From positions 2,935 through 66,934 of the forward strand of contig CAVTCN010000023.1 of the NCBI GenBank assembly GCA_963733215.1: 64,000 bases of DNA, written 5' to 3'. This document shows positions 26,529-35,257 of this stretch, one piece after another. The position numbers and the translations under genes were made by a program. This DNA comes from an uncultured Actinomycetes bacterium. GTDB lineage: Bacteria > Actinomycetota > Thermoleophilia > Gaiellales > Gaiellaceae. Numbering within the stretch: the first letter of the stretch is position 1; each line of letters starts with the position of its first letter. The notes beneath the pieces were generated by a model. It saw only the letters and a list, made by a program, of their open reading frames with translations. It did not search any database and was not told where the DNA came from.

Positions 26529-27734
26529 ATGAAGCAGGCCTGGCCCGCGTCGATCACGGGAGTGGAGGGGTTCGCCGCCGGTGGCAGCGTCCTCGAGCAC
26601 AAGTTCGGTCAGGGCGAGCCGTACACGCTCGGCGTCGAGGAGGAGTACATGCTGCTGGACGGCGAGAGCTTCGACCTCGTCCAGCGGATCGACACGGTTC
26701 TGGCCGCGTTCGTCGGCCACGAGGACGAGGCGCGGATGAAGCCGGAGCTCATGCAGTCCACCCTCGAGGTCGCCACGCCCGTCTGCCGGACCGCCGCCGA
26801 AGCCGACCGCGAGCTTCGCCGCCTCAGGTCGGCCGTCAAGCAGATCGCGGGTGAGAACGGCCTGCGGATGGGCTCGGCCGGGACGCACCCGTTCAGCCTC
26901 TTCGAGCGCCAGCGGATCACCGCGCGCGACCGGTACCGCGCCCTCGTCGACCAGATGCAGTACGTCGCCCGCCGCGAGCTGATCTTCGGGCTCCACGTCC
27001 ACGTGGCCGTGGACGATCCGGACAAGGCGATCCACGTCGTCAACGGCCTGCTCGTCGACCTGCCGCTGCTGATGGCGCTCTCGGCGAGCTCGCCGTTCTG
27101 GCGCGGCGAGCCGACCGGCCTCGCCTCCACGCGCCAGCCGATCTTCGCGGCCTTCCCACGGTCGGGACCGCCCCCGCGCTTCCGCGACTACGAGGACTAC
27201 GCGGCCGTCGTCGGGCAGCTCGAGAAGACCGGCTGCATCGCCGACTACACGCACATCTGGTGGGACATCCGGCCCCATCCACGGCTCGGCACCGTGGAGA
27301 TCCGGATCTGCGACTGCGTCACCCGCGTCGAGGACGCCGTCGCGATCGCCGCGTTCTGCCAGGCGCTCGTGAAGCACTACTGCGAGCTGGCGGAGCAGGA
27401 GGGCGGGATCCCCGGCTACCACCGGATCCTGACCACCGAGAACAAGTGGCTCTCGGTGCGGTACGGGCTCGAGGCGCCGATCATGGACCTCAACACGGGC
27501 GCGAGAAACCGCATCGCCGTCGCCCAGCTGGTGCGCCGCCGCCTCGAGGAGATCGAGCCGCACGCGAAGGAGCTCGGCTCCGACAGCGAGCTGGAAGGCA
27601 TCCAGGAGATCCTGAGCAGAGGGAACGGCTCCGATCGCCAGCTGCGCGTCTACAACGCCAATCGCGACATCGTCGAGGTCGTCCGCGAGATCGCGGACGC
27701 CACCGAGGCCGGCGGCACCGCCGCGTCTGGCTGA
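26529..27734 (+). CDS. carboxylate-amine ligase, YbdK type (glutamate-cysteine ligase family 2)
   Basis: TLGVEEEYMLLD...ELMQSTLEVAT.VC......REL..LR...GTHPF...LIFGLHVHV.V.D....I.V.N.L....P.L.ALSA.SPFW.G..TG..S.R are GCS2 hallmark blocks. Confidence 0.9.
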   Translation: MKQAWPASITGVEGFAAGGSVLEHKFGQGEPYTLGVEEEYMLLDGESFDLVQRIDTVLAAFVGHEDEARMKPELMQSTLEVATPVCRTAAEADRELRRLRSAVKQIAGENGLRMGSAGTHPFSLFERQRITARDRYRALVDQMQYVARRELIFGLHVHVAVDDPDKAIHVVNGLLVDLPLLMALSASSPFWRGEPTGLASTRQPIFAAFPRSGPPPRFRDYEDYAAVVGQLEKTGCIADYTHIWWDIRPHPRLGTVEIRICDCVTRVEDAVAIAAFCQALVKHYCELAEQEGGIPGYHRILTTENKWLSVRYGLEAPIMDLNTGARNRIAVAQLVRRRLEEIEPHAKELGSDSELEGIQEILSRGNGSDRQLRVYNANRDIVEVVREIADATEAGGTAASG

Positions 27735-27860
27735 ACGGGCATAGCCCGTTCCGCGTCGAACGTTCAGAGTACGACCATGGCTCGGGACCTCCTGTCATCC
27801 GAGGCTCGTACATCTGACGATGAGCCTCCACGACGCCAGCGTTCGCACCGGAATCGCGCC

Positions 27861-28403
27861 ATGGCCGCGTTGCAGGCCGACGAGCGCGCCTGGATCGCGG
27901 GGGCACAGGCGGGGTCGCTACCGGATCTCGAGGCCCTGTTCCGGGAGCACTGGCCCCGCGCCTACCGGGCCGCGTACCTGGTCGTGCACGACGGCGCCGC
28001 GGCCGAGGACATTGCACAGGAGGCGATGCTGTCCGCGATCCGGACGCTCGACCGGTTCGACCGGCGGCGTCCGTTCGGGCCGTGGCTGCACCGGATCGTC
28101 GTCAACCGGGCCATCGACTGGGCGCGGGCCAGGGAGCTGCAGGCCGCGGTCGGCGAGCCCGCGCTGGAACTTGCAGCGCCCGGGCGCTCCGACGAGGCAT
28201 CCCTCACTCAGCCCCTCGTTGCCGCCCTCGGCGAGCTGTCGCCCGAGCACCGCGCCGTGATCGTCCTCCGGCACCTGCTGGAGTACTCGCCGCGCGAGAT
28301 CGCTCGCATGCTCGACCTCCCACGGGGCACCGTGAACTCCCGGCTCCGCCGCGGCCTGAACGCGCTGGCCGACCGGCTCGAGATCGACGAGGACACGCTG
28401 TGA
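27861..28403 (+). CDS. ECF-type RNA polymerase sigma factor
   Basis: Region 2 (LFREHWPRAYRAAYLVVHDGAAAEDIAQEAML...FGPWLHRIVVNRAID). Region 4 (LSPEHRAVIVLRHLLEYSPREIARMLDLPRGTVNSRLRRG). Start at ATG 27861. Confidence 0.88.
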   Translation: MAALQADERAWIAGAQAGSLPDLEALFREHWPRAYRAAYLVVHDGAAAEDIAQEAMLSAIRTLDRFDRRRPFGPWLHRIVVNRAIDWARARELQAAVGEPALELAAPGRSDEASLTQPLVAALGELSPEHRAVIVLRHLLEYSPREIARMLDLPRGTVNSRLRRGLNALADRLEIDEDTL

Positions 28404-29597
28404 CCGAGGTCCAGCTCCGACGCGCGCTGCTCCGCATCCAGCCGCCGGATGAGCTCGGGGCCACCCGCCGCTCGTGGCAGCTGGCGCGCGCCGCGTTCGA
28501 CGAACGGGAGCCGACTCCGTGGCCGAGGCGTCACGCGCGGCTGCTGCTCGCGACCGCCGTGGCGATCGCGCTCCTCGCCGCCGTCCTGAGCCCGCCGGGC
28601 CGGGCCGTGATCTCGGACGTCCGTGAGGCAATGGGAAAGGAAGAGGTCGCCGCCGTGCCGCAGGCGAGGCCCGCGGCTTTCTCGCTGCCCGCGGAGGGAC
28701 GCGTGCTCGTCACGGCGCCGAGCGGCGTCTGGGTCGTGCAGGCGAACGGCACCAAGCGGCGGCTCGGCGACTTCGACGAGGCGTCGTGGTCGCCCGGCGG
28801 ACTGGCCGTCGCCTCGGCCCGGAGCCGGCTCGCCGCCTTCAACCCGACGGGAGAGGCCCGGTGGACACTCGCCCGGCCCCGCGTCCACGACGCGCGCTGG
28901 TCGCCGAGCGGGTCGCTGATCGCCTACCTGAGCGGATCGAACCTCCGTGTGGTCGCGGCCGACAAGACCGGCGACCGGCGAGTCGACGGCGCCGCCGACG
29001 TCGCTCCCGCCTGGCGGCCGGGCGAGCAGCAGCGTCGTGGCGTACGTCGACGCCGGCGGCGCGCTGACGGTGCGGGACACCGACACGGATGACACGCTCT
29101 GGACCTCCGCCGTTCGGGCCACGCCGTCGCACCTCGAGTGGTCGGCGGACGGACGGCGACTCGTCGCAGCCGTGCCGCTCTCGGAGAACCGGTTCGCCAT
29201 CACCGTCTACGACGAGACCGGCCGCCGCCTCCAGTCGCTCCCCCTCGCGGGCACCTTCGTGGACGCAGCCTTCACGCCCGACGACCACCGCATCGCGCTC
29301 ATCCGCCGGCAACGAGCCGAGGACGGCGAGACGAGTGAGCTCCTCGTCGTCGACGCGGACAGCATCCGCCGCCAGACGCCCGTCTTCAGCGGCCGCGGCC
29401 GTTTTGGCGACGTCGCGTGGTCGCCCGGCGCGCGCTGGCTGCTCCTGGGCTGGCAGAGCGCCGACCAGTGGCTCTTCATCCGGTCGACGGCTGTGGAGAA
29501 GATCAAGGCCGTGTCGAGCCTGGCGCAGCAGTTCGACCCGGGCGGGACCGGCGTCGGGCCGTTTCCACGGATCGAAGGCTGGTGCTGCGGGGGTTAG
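28400..29597 (+). pseudogene. putative anti-sigma factor: single TM plus extracytoplasmic TolB/PD40-like beta-propeller, frame broken once
   Basis: GTGA overlap with the sigma gene. TM LLLATAVAIALLAAVL. Repeated WSP.G....A motifs (ASWSPGGLAVA, ARWSPSGSLIAY, LEWSADGRRLV, VAWSPGARWLL). The frame changes between WRPG and SSSVVAYVDAGG at about 29019-29036. Confidence 0.7.
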
Positions 29598-29606
29598 TCT
29601 CCGGCG

Positions 29607-30077
29607 GTGCTCGCGACCGGTGATCGGATCCCCGACGTCGACGTCTGGCTCGCGCCGCGCGAGGGGGTCTCGCTCCACGACCTGGTCTCCGAGGGCGCGA
29701 TCCTCGTTCTCTTCTACCTCTTCGACTGGTCGGGCACCTGAACGAACGAGATGGAGCTCCTGCGTGACAGGAGCAAGGAGTTCGAGGATGCGGGCGTGCG
29801 GATCATGGCGGCCTCGCGCGACTCGGCGTGGTCGCACGTCGCCTGGATCCAGGCGCTCGACCTGAACTTCCCGCTGCTCTCGGACTGGAACGGCGACGCC
29901 GTCCGCGGCTTCGGGATCGCGCGGGACTACCGGGGGATGAAGGACGTCGCGCAGCGGTCCGCCTTCCTCGTCGATACCGACGGTACGGTCCGCGGCGCAT
30001 GGGCCTACGAGGACGGCGACGTTCCGGACGTGGACGAGCTGCTCGCGGCCGCGCGGGCCTTGTCGGGCTCGTCCTAG
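29607..30077 (+). CDS. AhpE/Bcp-like 1-Cys peroxiredoxin with in-frame TGA (29739-29741) at the peroxidatic position; candidate selenoprotein
   Basis: From GTG 29607: MLATGDRIPDVDVWLAPREGVSLHDLVSEGAILVLFYLFDWSGT-TGA-TNEMELLRDRSKEFEDAGVRIMAASRDSAWSHVAWIQALDLNFPLLSDW...AFLVDTDGTVRGAW. The track only lists the part after the TGA (29751..30077). The TGA aligns with the Cys of the Prx motif (F)TxxC(T/Q)xE. Confidence 0.7.
29743..29784 (+). promoter_or_regulatory. candidate bacterial SECIS element
   Basis: Lower stem CGAAC (29743-47) pairs with GUUCG (29780-84). Upper stem GCUCCUG (29756-62) pairs with CAGGAGC (29768-74). Apical loop CGUGA contains GU. The structure starts 2 nt after the UGA, and the loop G is about 25 nt from the UGA. 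Confidence 0.45.
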
Positions 30078-31561
30078 CGCTCTACCTCGGCGCAGGCCTC
30101 GTCTCGACGTGGCCGGCGCTGGAAGACGCCCGGTCGGACTTCCTCGCCGAGGGGTTGCCGGGCCTGCCCGGCGCCGCGGCTCCCGGCGACCATCTCCAGG
30201 TCGCGTGGCAGCTCTGGCTCCCGGGGCACCAGCTCGGGCGCGGAGCCGCTCCGTGGCTCGATCCCTACAGCTTCCAGCCCGAGGTCGAAGCGCGCGTCAA
30301 CTTCGCCGCCTGGCCGTTCGGCGTCGTCTTCGGGCCGCTGAAGGGCGCTGTTCGGGACGGTCGTCGCGTGGAACCTCTTCGTGCTGCTCGGCTACCTCGG
30401 GGCCGGGGGCCTGACGTTCCTCTGGCTCCGGTCGCTCGGGCTCGGCGTCGGCCCCTCGCTCGCCGGCGGCCTGATCTTCGCGCTCGCGCCGTACCGCGCC
30501 GTCCAGGCAGGCGCCGGGCACCTGCTCGCGTGGATCGCGATGCTGCTTCCTCTGTCCCTCTGGGCGTGGGAGAAGCGCCTGTACTGGCTGACCGCGGCCG
30601 CGCTTGCGTCGATTCCCCTGTCGGGCCAAGTGCACCTGGCGCTTGGTGCGCTGCCGTTCGTCTTCGCCTATGCACTGCTGCGTGGCGGCGACCGGCGCTG
30701 GGCCGGCGGGCGCCCTCGCGGCAGGTCTGGCCGCCGGCGTCCTCGTCTGGGCGGTCTCGATCCGCGGCTCGATCGGCTCATCGCGCTCGTTCGCCCAGGT
30801 CGAGCGCTACTCGGCCGAGCTGGCGGACTTCGTGTCGCGGGATCCGCGCCACGGGCTGGAGGCGTTCGTCTTCGTCGGCTGGCTCGTGCCGCTTCTGGCG
30901 CTCCTCGGGGTCGTGGTGCATCGCCGCACAAGGCTCGGTCTCCTCCTCGGAGTCGCGGCGCTGCTGCCGATGATCCTCGCCCTCGGCGCCAACCTTCCCG
31001 GCTACGAGACGCTCTGGGAGACGGTTCCCGGCCTCGACGTGACCCGGGTGCCGGGCCGGCTGATGGTCATCGCCTGCCTCGCGCTGGCGGGGCTCGCGGC
31101 GCTCGGACTGGAGTGGGTGCTGCAAGAGAAGCGCAGGCTCTTGGTCGTCGGCGCGGCGCTGGCGCTCGCTCGCGATCGACCTCCGCGCCGGGGTGACGGC
31201 CTACCGGCCCACCGCCGCGGACGAGGGGAATCGCGCGTACGCGGCGCTGCGGCAGGAGGACGGCGGGCGCCTGCTCGAGATGCCCGTCTACGCGCCCGAC
31301 CGCCAGGAAGCGAGCGTCTATCTCTACTACGCCATGCAGGCGCCGCGCGAGCGGCCGGCCGGCTACTCGACGGTCGCGCCGAAAGAGGCGGCCCGCGTCC
31401 TGCGGGAGCTCCAGCCGTGCGCCGACGTGCGCAGCCTCGCCGAGCTCGGCGTCCGGTACCTCGCCGTCTACGGCCGGCCGCGGTGCGGCGTGGCCGGGCG
31501 GCTGCTCGCCCGCGACGGGCCAATCGCGCTCTACGAAGCCTTCATACCCGTAGCCTGGTAG
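29999..31561 (+). pseudogene. large polytopic membrane protein (possible GT-C-type glycosyltransferase), three frame breaks
   Basis: Four consecutive ORF pieces read as one protein. Piece 1: MGLRGRRRSGRG..LVGLVLALYLGAGLVSTWPALEDARSDFL..GDHLQVAWQLWLPGH..AAWPFGVVFGPLKGA. Piece 2: GTVVAWNLFVLLGYLGAGGLTFLWL..LPFVFAYALLRGG. Piece 3: AGALAAGLAAGVLVWAV..LMVIACLALAGLAALGLEW..AALALA. Piece 4: IDLRAGVTAYRP..ALYEAFIPVAW. Junctions are at about 30344-30356, 30685-30710 and 31163-31175. The function call is weak. Confidence 0.55.
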
Positions 31562-31586
31562 GCGTGGAGATGACGGGGGCCCTCGG

Positions 31587-32219
31587 TTGAGCGACGAGCG
31601 CGTCGTCCGCGGCGAGGACGGAGTCGCCCGCTGCTTCTGGGGCTCGTCGCCGCCCGAGTACCAGGCCTACCACGACACCGAGTGGGGCTTCCCGGTCGAC
31701 GACGACCGCCGCCTGTTCGAGAAGCTCGTGCTCGAGGGGTTCCAGTCGGGCCTTTCCTGGCTGACGATCCTGCGGAAGCGCGACAACTTTCGGCAGGCGT
31801 TCGCCGGGTTCGACTTCGAGCAGGTCGCACGGTTCGGCAAGAAGGACGTCGGGCGGCTGCTGCAGGACGCCGGCATCGTCCGCCACCGAGGCAAGATCGA
31901 GGCAGCCATCAACAACGCCCAGCGGGCCGTCGAGCTCGTGGACGAGGAGGGCTCGCTCGCCACGTACGTCTGGCGCTTCGAGCCGGATCCGGCGTCCCGC
32001 CCGAAGCGGTTCACGTGGGACGTCCTCCTCGAGATGGCGCAAACCGAGGAGTCGAAGGCGCTCGCCAAGGACCTGAAGCGCCGCGGCTGGCGTTTCGTCG
32101 GCCCGACGACGGTCTACGCGTTCATGCAGGCGATGGGGCTCGTGAACGATCACCTGGACGGCTGCGACGCTCGCCAGGCCGTCGAGCTCGCCCGGGCCGA
32201 GTTCGACCGGCCAACCTAG
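31587..32219 (+). CDS. tag: DNA-3-methyladenine glycosylase I
   Basis: RCFWG......Y.AYHD.EWG.PV.DDR.LFE.L.LEGFQ.GLSW.TIL.KR..FR.AF..FD...VA...........D.GI.R...KI is a Tag signature including the zinc-snap Cys/His residues. Confidence 0.9.
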   Translation: MSDERVVRGEDGVARCFWGSSPPEYQAYHDTEWGFPVDDDRRLFEKLVLEGFQSGLSWLTILRKRDNFRQAFAGFDFEQVARFGKKDVGRLLQDAGIVRHRGKIEAAINNAQRAVELVDEEGSLATYVWRFEPDPASRPKRFTWDVLLEMAQTEESKALAKDLKRRGWRFVGPTTVYAFMQAMGLVNDHLDGCDARQAVELARAEFDRPT

Positions 32220-32259
32220 GCCCCTTCTCAAAGACGCCTGCCGTCTCTATCGTCGGTGG

Positions 32260-33573
32260 ATGCCCTGGGGAGCGACCGGATTTTCGCTGCCGGCGCTCGA
32301 GCTCTTCCCTGACTCGGCCGCCAGGGACGACGGAGAGCTCTCGCTCGGCGGAGTCACGGCGTCGCGGCTCGCCGAGGAGTTCGGGACGCCTCTCGTCGTC
32401 TACTGCGAGCAGACGCTCCTCGCCAACGCCGAGGCGTATCGCAGCTCTGCCCCGGACGCGCTGCTGCTCTACAGCGTCAAGGCGTTTCCGAGCGTGGCGA
32501 TCCTCGAGCTCGTCGCGGGCGCGGGCTACGGCGCCGACGTCTCCACGGCCGGCGAGCTCGCGTTCGCGCTCCGCGCGGGCATTCCAGGAGATCGCATCGT
32601 GCTCCACGGGAACAACAAGAGCGACGAGGAGCTTGCCGCCGCTGCAGCGGCCGACGTCCGCTACGTCGTTCTCGACGCCGTAGACGAGGTGGCGCGAGCT
32701 GCCACGGCCGGAGTCGAGCGGGTGCTGGTCCGCGTGACCCCCGGGATCGAGGCAGAAACGCATGCGGCGATCACGACCGGCCATCGCGGCTCGAAGTTCG
32801 GGCTGCCGCCCGAAGACGCTCTCGAGGCGATCGACGTGGCGCGCGACGCGGGCATCGAGGTCGCCGGCCTGCACGTGCACATCGGCTCGCAGCTGCTCGA
32901 GACGGCGGCTGTACGGACGACAGTTGCCTGGCTGGCGGCCTTCGCTACCGAGTGTCGGACGCGTCTCGGCTGGGTGCCAGGCACCATCGACCTCGGTGGC
33001 GGCCTCGGCGTCCAGCACGTCCTCATGGAGGAGGCCCCCTCGATCGAGACCTTCGTGGGCGCGCTGATCGAGCGGGTCGCGGAAGAGTGGGGACGCCACG
33101 ACCTCCCCCCGCCCGACCTCATTCTCGAGCCCGGCCGTTCGCTCGTCGGACGAGCGGGCGTGACGCTCTACAGAGTCGGCGTCGTCAAGCGCGCCAGTGA
33201 ACGTGTCACCTACGTCGCGATTGACGGCGGCATGTCGGACAACCCACGACCGCAGCTCTACGGCGCTTCGTACAACGCGATCGTCGCCGGGCGCGTGGAC
33301 GATCCACCGACCGGCGTCTTTTCGGTCTGCGGCAAGCACTGCGAATCCGGCGACGTCCTCATCGACGGAGTGCCGCTCGCGTCGCCGCGCCGCGGAGATG
33401 TCCTCGCAGTGCCCGCCACAGGTGCCTACACGCTGGCGATGTCTTCGAACTACAACGCGGTGCCCCGTCCGGCGGCCGTCCTCGTCTCGGAGGGTGCGGC
33501 GCGATTGATTCGCCGGCGCGAGTCGATCGAGGACTTGCTCGGCCTAGAAGCTCAGTTCACGCAGCCGGGCTAG
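32260..33573 (+). CDS. lysA: diaminopimelate decarboxylase
   Basis: TPL.VY.E..L.....AY......LLYSVKA (PLP Lys), SKFG, HVHIGSQ, DLGGGLGV, EPGRSLVG.AGVTLY.V, CGKHCESGD, GAY...MSSNYN. Confidence 0.92.
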   Translation: MPWGATGFSLPALELFPDSAARDDGELSLGGVTASRLAEEFGTPLVVYCEQTLLANAEAYRSSAPDALLLYSVKAFPSVAILELVAGAGYGADVSTAGELAFALRAGIPGDRIVLHGNNKSDEELAAAAAADVRYVVLDAVDEVARAATAGVERVLVRVTPGIEAETHAAITTGHRGSKFGLPPEDALEAIDVARDAGIEVAGLHVHIGSQLLETAAVRTTVAWLAAFATECRTRLGWVPGTIDLGGGLGVQHVLMEEAPSIETFVGALIERVAEEWGRHDLPPPDLILEPGRSLVGRAGVTLYRVGVVKRASERVTYVAIDGGMSDNPRPQLYGASYNAIVAGRVDDPPTGVFSVCGKHCESGDVLIDGVPLASPRRGDVLAVPATGAYTLAMSSNYNAVPRPAAVLVSEGAARLIRRRESIEDLLGLEAQFTQPG

Positions 33574-33606
33574 CTCCGTCCGGCCGGCGAGGTACCGTCG
33601 TCTGTC

Positions 33607-33990
33607 GTGCTGCTCGCCCTGCTCGTCGTCTGGGTGATCCTCGCGGTCGCGTTCGCGATCACCAGCTGGATCCTGCCCGGCATGGACGTCTCCGGCGGGT
33701 TCTGGTCCTACCTCTGGGTCTCGGCGCTGTTCGGCATCGTCAACGCGATCGCAGCGGCGCTGCTGCTGCGGTTCGCTCCCAGGGTGCGGTCGGTGCTGGT
33801 CATGGGGCTGCTCGCACTGTTCCTCAGCGCGCTCATGCTCAGCATCACCGATGCGATCTCGGACTCGCTCACGATCGACGACTTCTGGTGGACGACGATC
33901 TGGGCCGCGATCATCCTCGCGATCGTCACGGCCTTCATCGAGGCTCTGGTCTTCATGTTCCTGCTCCGAAGAGCGGAGCGGACGGCTTAG
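33607..33990 (+). CDS. 4-TM small membrane protein, phage-holin-4_2 (GtrA-unrelated) family-like
   Basis: 127 aa with four hydrophobic segments. The pattern ...ILPGMDVSGGFWSYLWVSALFGIVNA... resembles the mycobacterial 4-TMS holin superfamily IV. Confidence 0.65.
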   Translation: MLLALLVVWVILAVAFAITSWILPGMDVSGGFWSYLWVSALFGIVNAIAAALLLRFAPRVRSVLVMGLLALFLSALMLSITDAISDSLTIDDFWWTTIWAAIILAIVTAFIEALVFMFLLRRAERTA

Positions 33991-34555
33991 CTGGACTACC
34001 TTCTTCTACTGCCGCGACAAGCCGGGCACCCTCGAGCTGCGGATGCAGCTTCTCGAGGCCCACTGGTCCTTCATGGACGGCTACGCCGAGGGGATGATCG
34101 CCCGCGGCCCGACGCTCGCCGACGACGGTGTCACGCCGACCGGCAGCCTGCACATCGTCGACCTGCCCGATGCGGAGGCGGCAAGGGTGTTCGCGTTCGA
34201 GGAGCCGAACCACAAGGCCGGGGTGTACGCCGAGGTGTTCGTGAGGCGCTGGCGGAACGCGCTCGGGCGGACGATGTGGCAGTTCGCGGGAGAGCCCGAG
34301 AGCGTGCGCTTCCTGGTCATCGCCCACGGAAAGCCGAGTCAAGACGACCCTGGCTGGGACCTGGCCGCACTCAGCGATCGCCTGATCGTGTGCGGACCGC
34401 TCCTCGCCGAGGACGGCTCAACCTGGGTCGGCGACGCGCTCGCAGTCGAGTCCCCCTCCGCGGCTGCCGTCGAGGAGCTTCTCGACCTCCCAGCGCGAGC
34501 ATCGCTCTACGAGCACGTCGAGATCCACCGCTGGCAGTTCGGCGGGCGCGACTAG
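33989..34555 (+). CDS. YciI-like (two YCII-related halves) protein; start unresolved
   Basis: ...WTTFFYCRDKPGTLELRMQLLEAHWSFMDGYAEGMIARGPTL...GSLHIVDLPDAEAARVFAFEEPNHKAGVY. No canonical start codon lies between the holin stop (33988-33990) and the conserved FFYCRD strand. The nearest in-frame ATG/GTG/TTG start is far inside the holin gene. Confidence 0.65.
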   Translation, partial: SWTTFFYCRDKPGTLELRMQLLEAHWSFMDGYAEGMIARGPTLADDGVTPTGSLHIVDLPDAEAARVFAFEEPNHKAGVYAEVFVRRWRNALGRTMWQFAGEPESVRFLVIAHGKPSQDDPGWDLAALSDRLIVCGPLLAEDGSTWVGDALAVESPSAAAVEELLDLPARASLYEHVEIHRWQFGGRD

Positions 34556-34561
34556 ACCGAA

Positions 34562-35018
34562 TCAGATCCTCGCGTCGTGCTCGCAGCCCGAACCGGGCCC
34601 GACCGTCCGTCCGCCGACAACGCCGAAACCGGTGGCGCAATAGAGCTGATCACCCGGGAAGGCGACGGGGTGGTTGTCGTACGAGAACAGGTCGATGCCG
34701 ACGAAGCACGCATTCGCGTTCAGGCACGTGCGGCGCTCCGCGCCGACCGGAAGCAGCGGCAGGCTGCACGCCATCCCGCGTGAAACCGGTAGCGGTCGCG
34801 TCGATCCGCTGCTTCGTCGTGTCGCAGCGGACGCCGACGAGCAGAGTCGCGAGCACGATGTAGTCGTCGATCGACGGCTCGACCACGAAGGTGCAATCGG
34901 CGGCCGAGTCGGGCGGAGGTGGCGGTGGCGGCGGCGGCTTCCTCTTCCCGGCGGCGATGCCGGGAACCGCCAGTGCAAGGGTCAGCGCGAACAGGACGGA
35001 CAAGCGCAGGATGCTCAT
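34562..35018 (-). pseudogene. secreted Cys-rich protein with a 9-proline linker, frame broken once
   Basis: Good RBS (GAGGAAGGA-4 nt-ATG 35018). MSILRLSVLFALTLALAVPGIAAGKRKPPPPPPPPPDSAADCTFVVEPSIDDYIVLATLLVGVRCDTTKQRIDATATGFTRDG continues in another frame as ..ACSLPLLPVGAERRTCLNANACFVGIDLFSYDNHPVAFPGDQLYCATGFGVVGG..GCEHDARI. Junction at about 34766-34782. Confidence 0.5.
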
Positions 35019-35152
35019 CGGTTCCTTCCTCTCGAAGCTCTCTCCGCGAGGCAGTACGCACAAAGGCACACGCGCGGTTCGCGGCGATAAGGAGAACTGA
35101 TCGGTCCGGCCGATTGAGCTGAATCCCCGGCTCAAGTCGCCGAGCGGTTCGA

Positions 35153-35183
35153 CCGAGGATCATCGTGTGACGAGGATCCTCGG
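35153..35183 (-). terminator. hairpin downstream of fabI
   Basis: CCGAGGATC (35153-61) pairs with GATCCTCGG (35175-83): a 9-bp stem with a 13-nt loop, about 75 nt after the fabI stop. Confidence 0.3.
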
Positions 35184-35257
35184 CCACCTCCGCGCTCGCC
35201 GCCGCCGTGCCGGCGTCGAGTTGCTGATGCTCGCGCTCGGACGCCGCTAGCCGGGCG

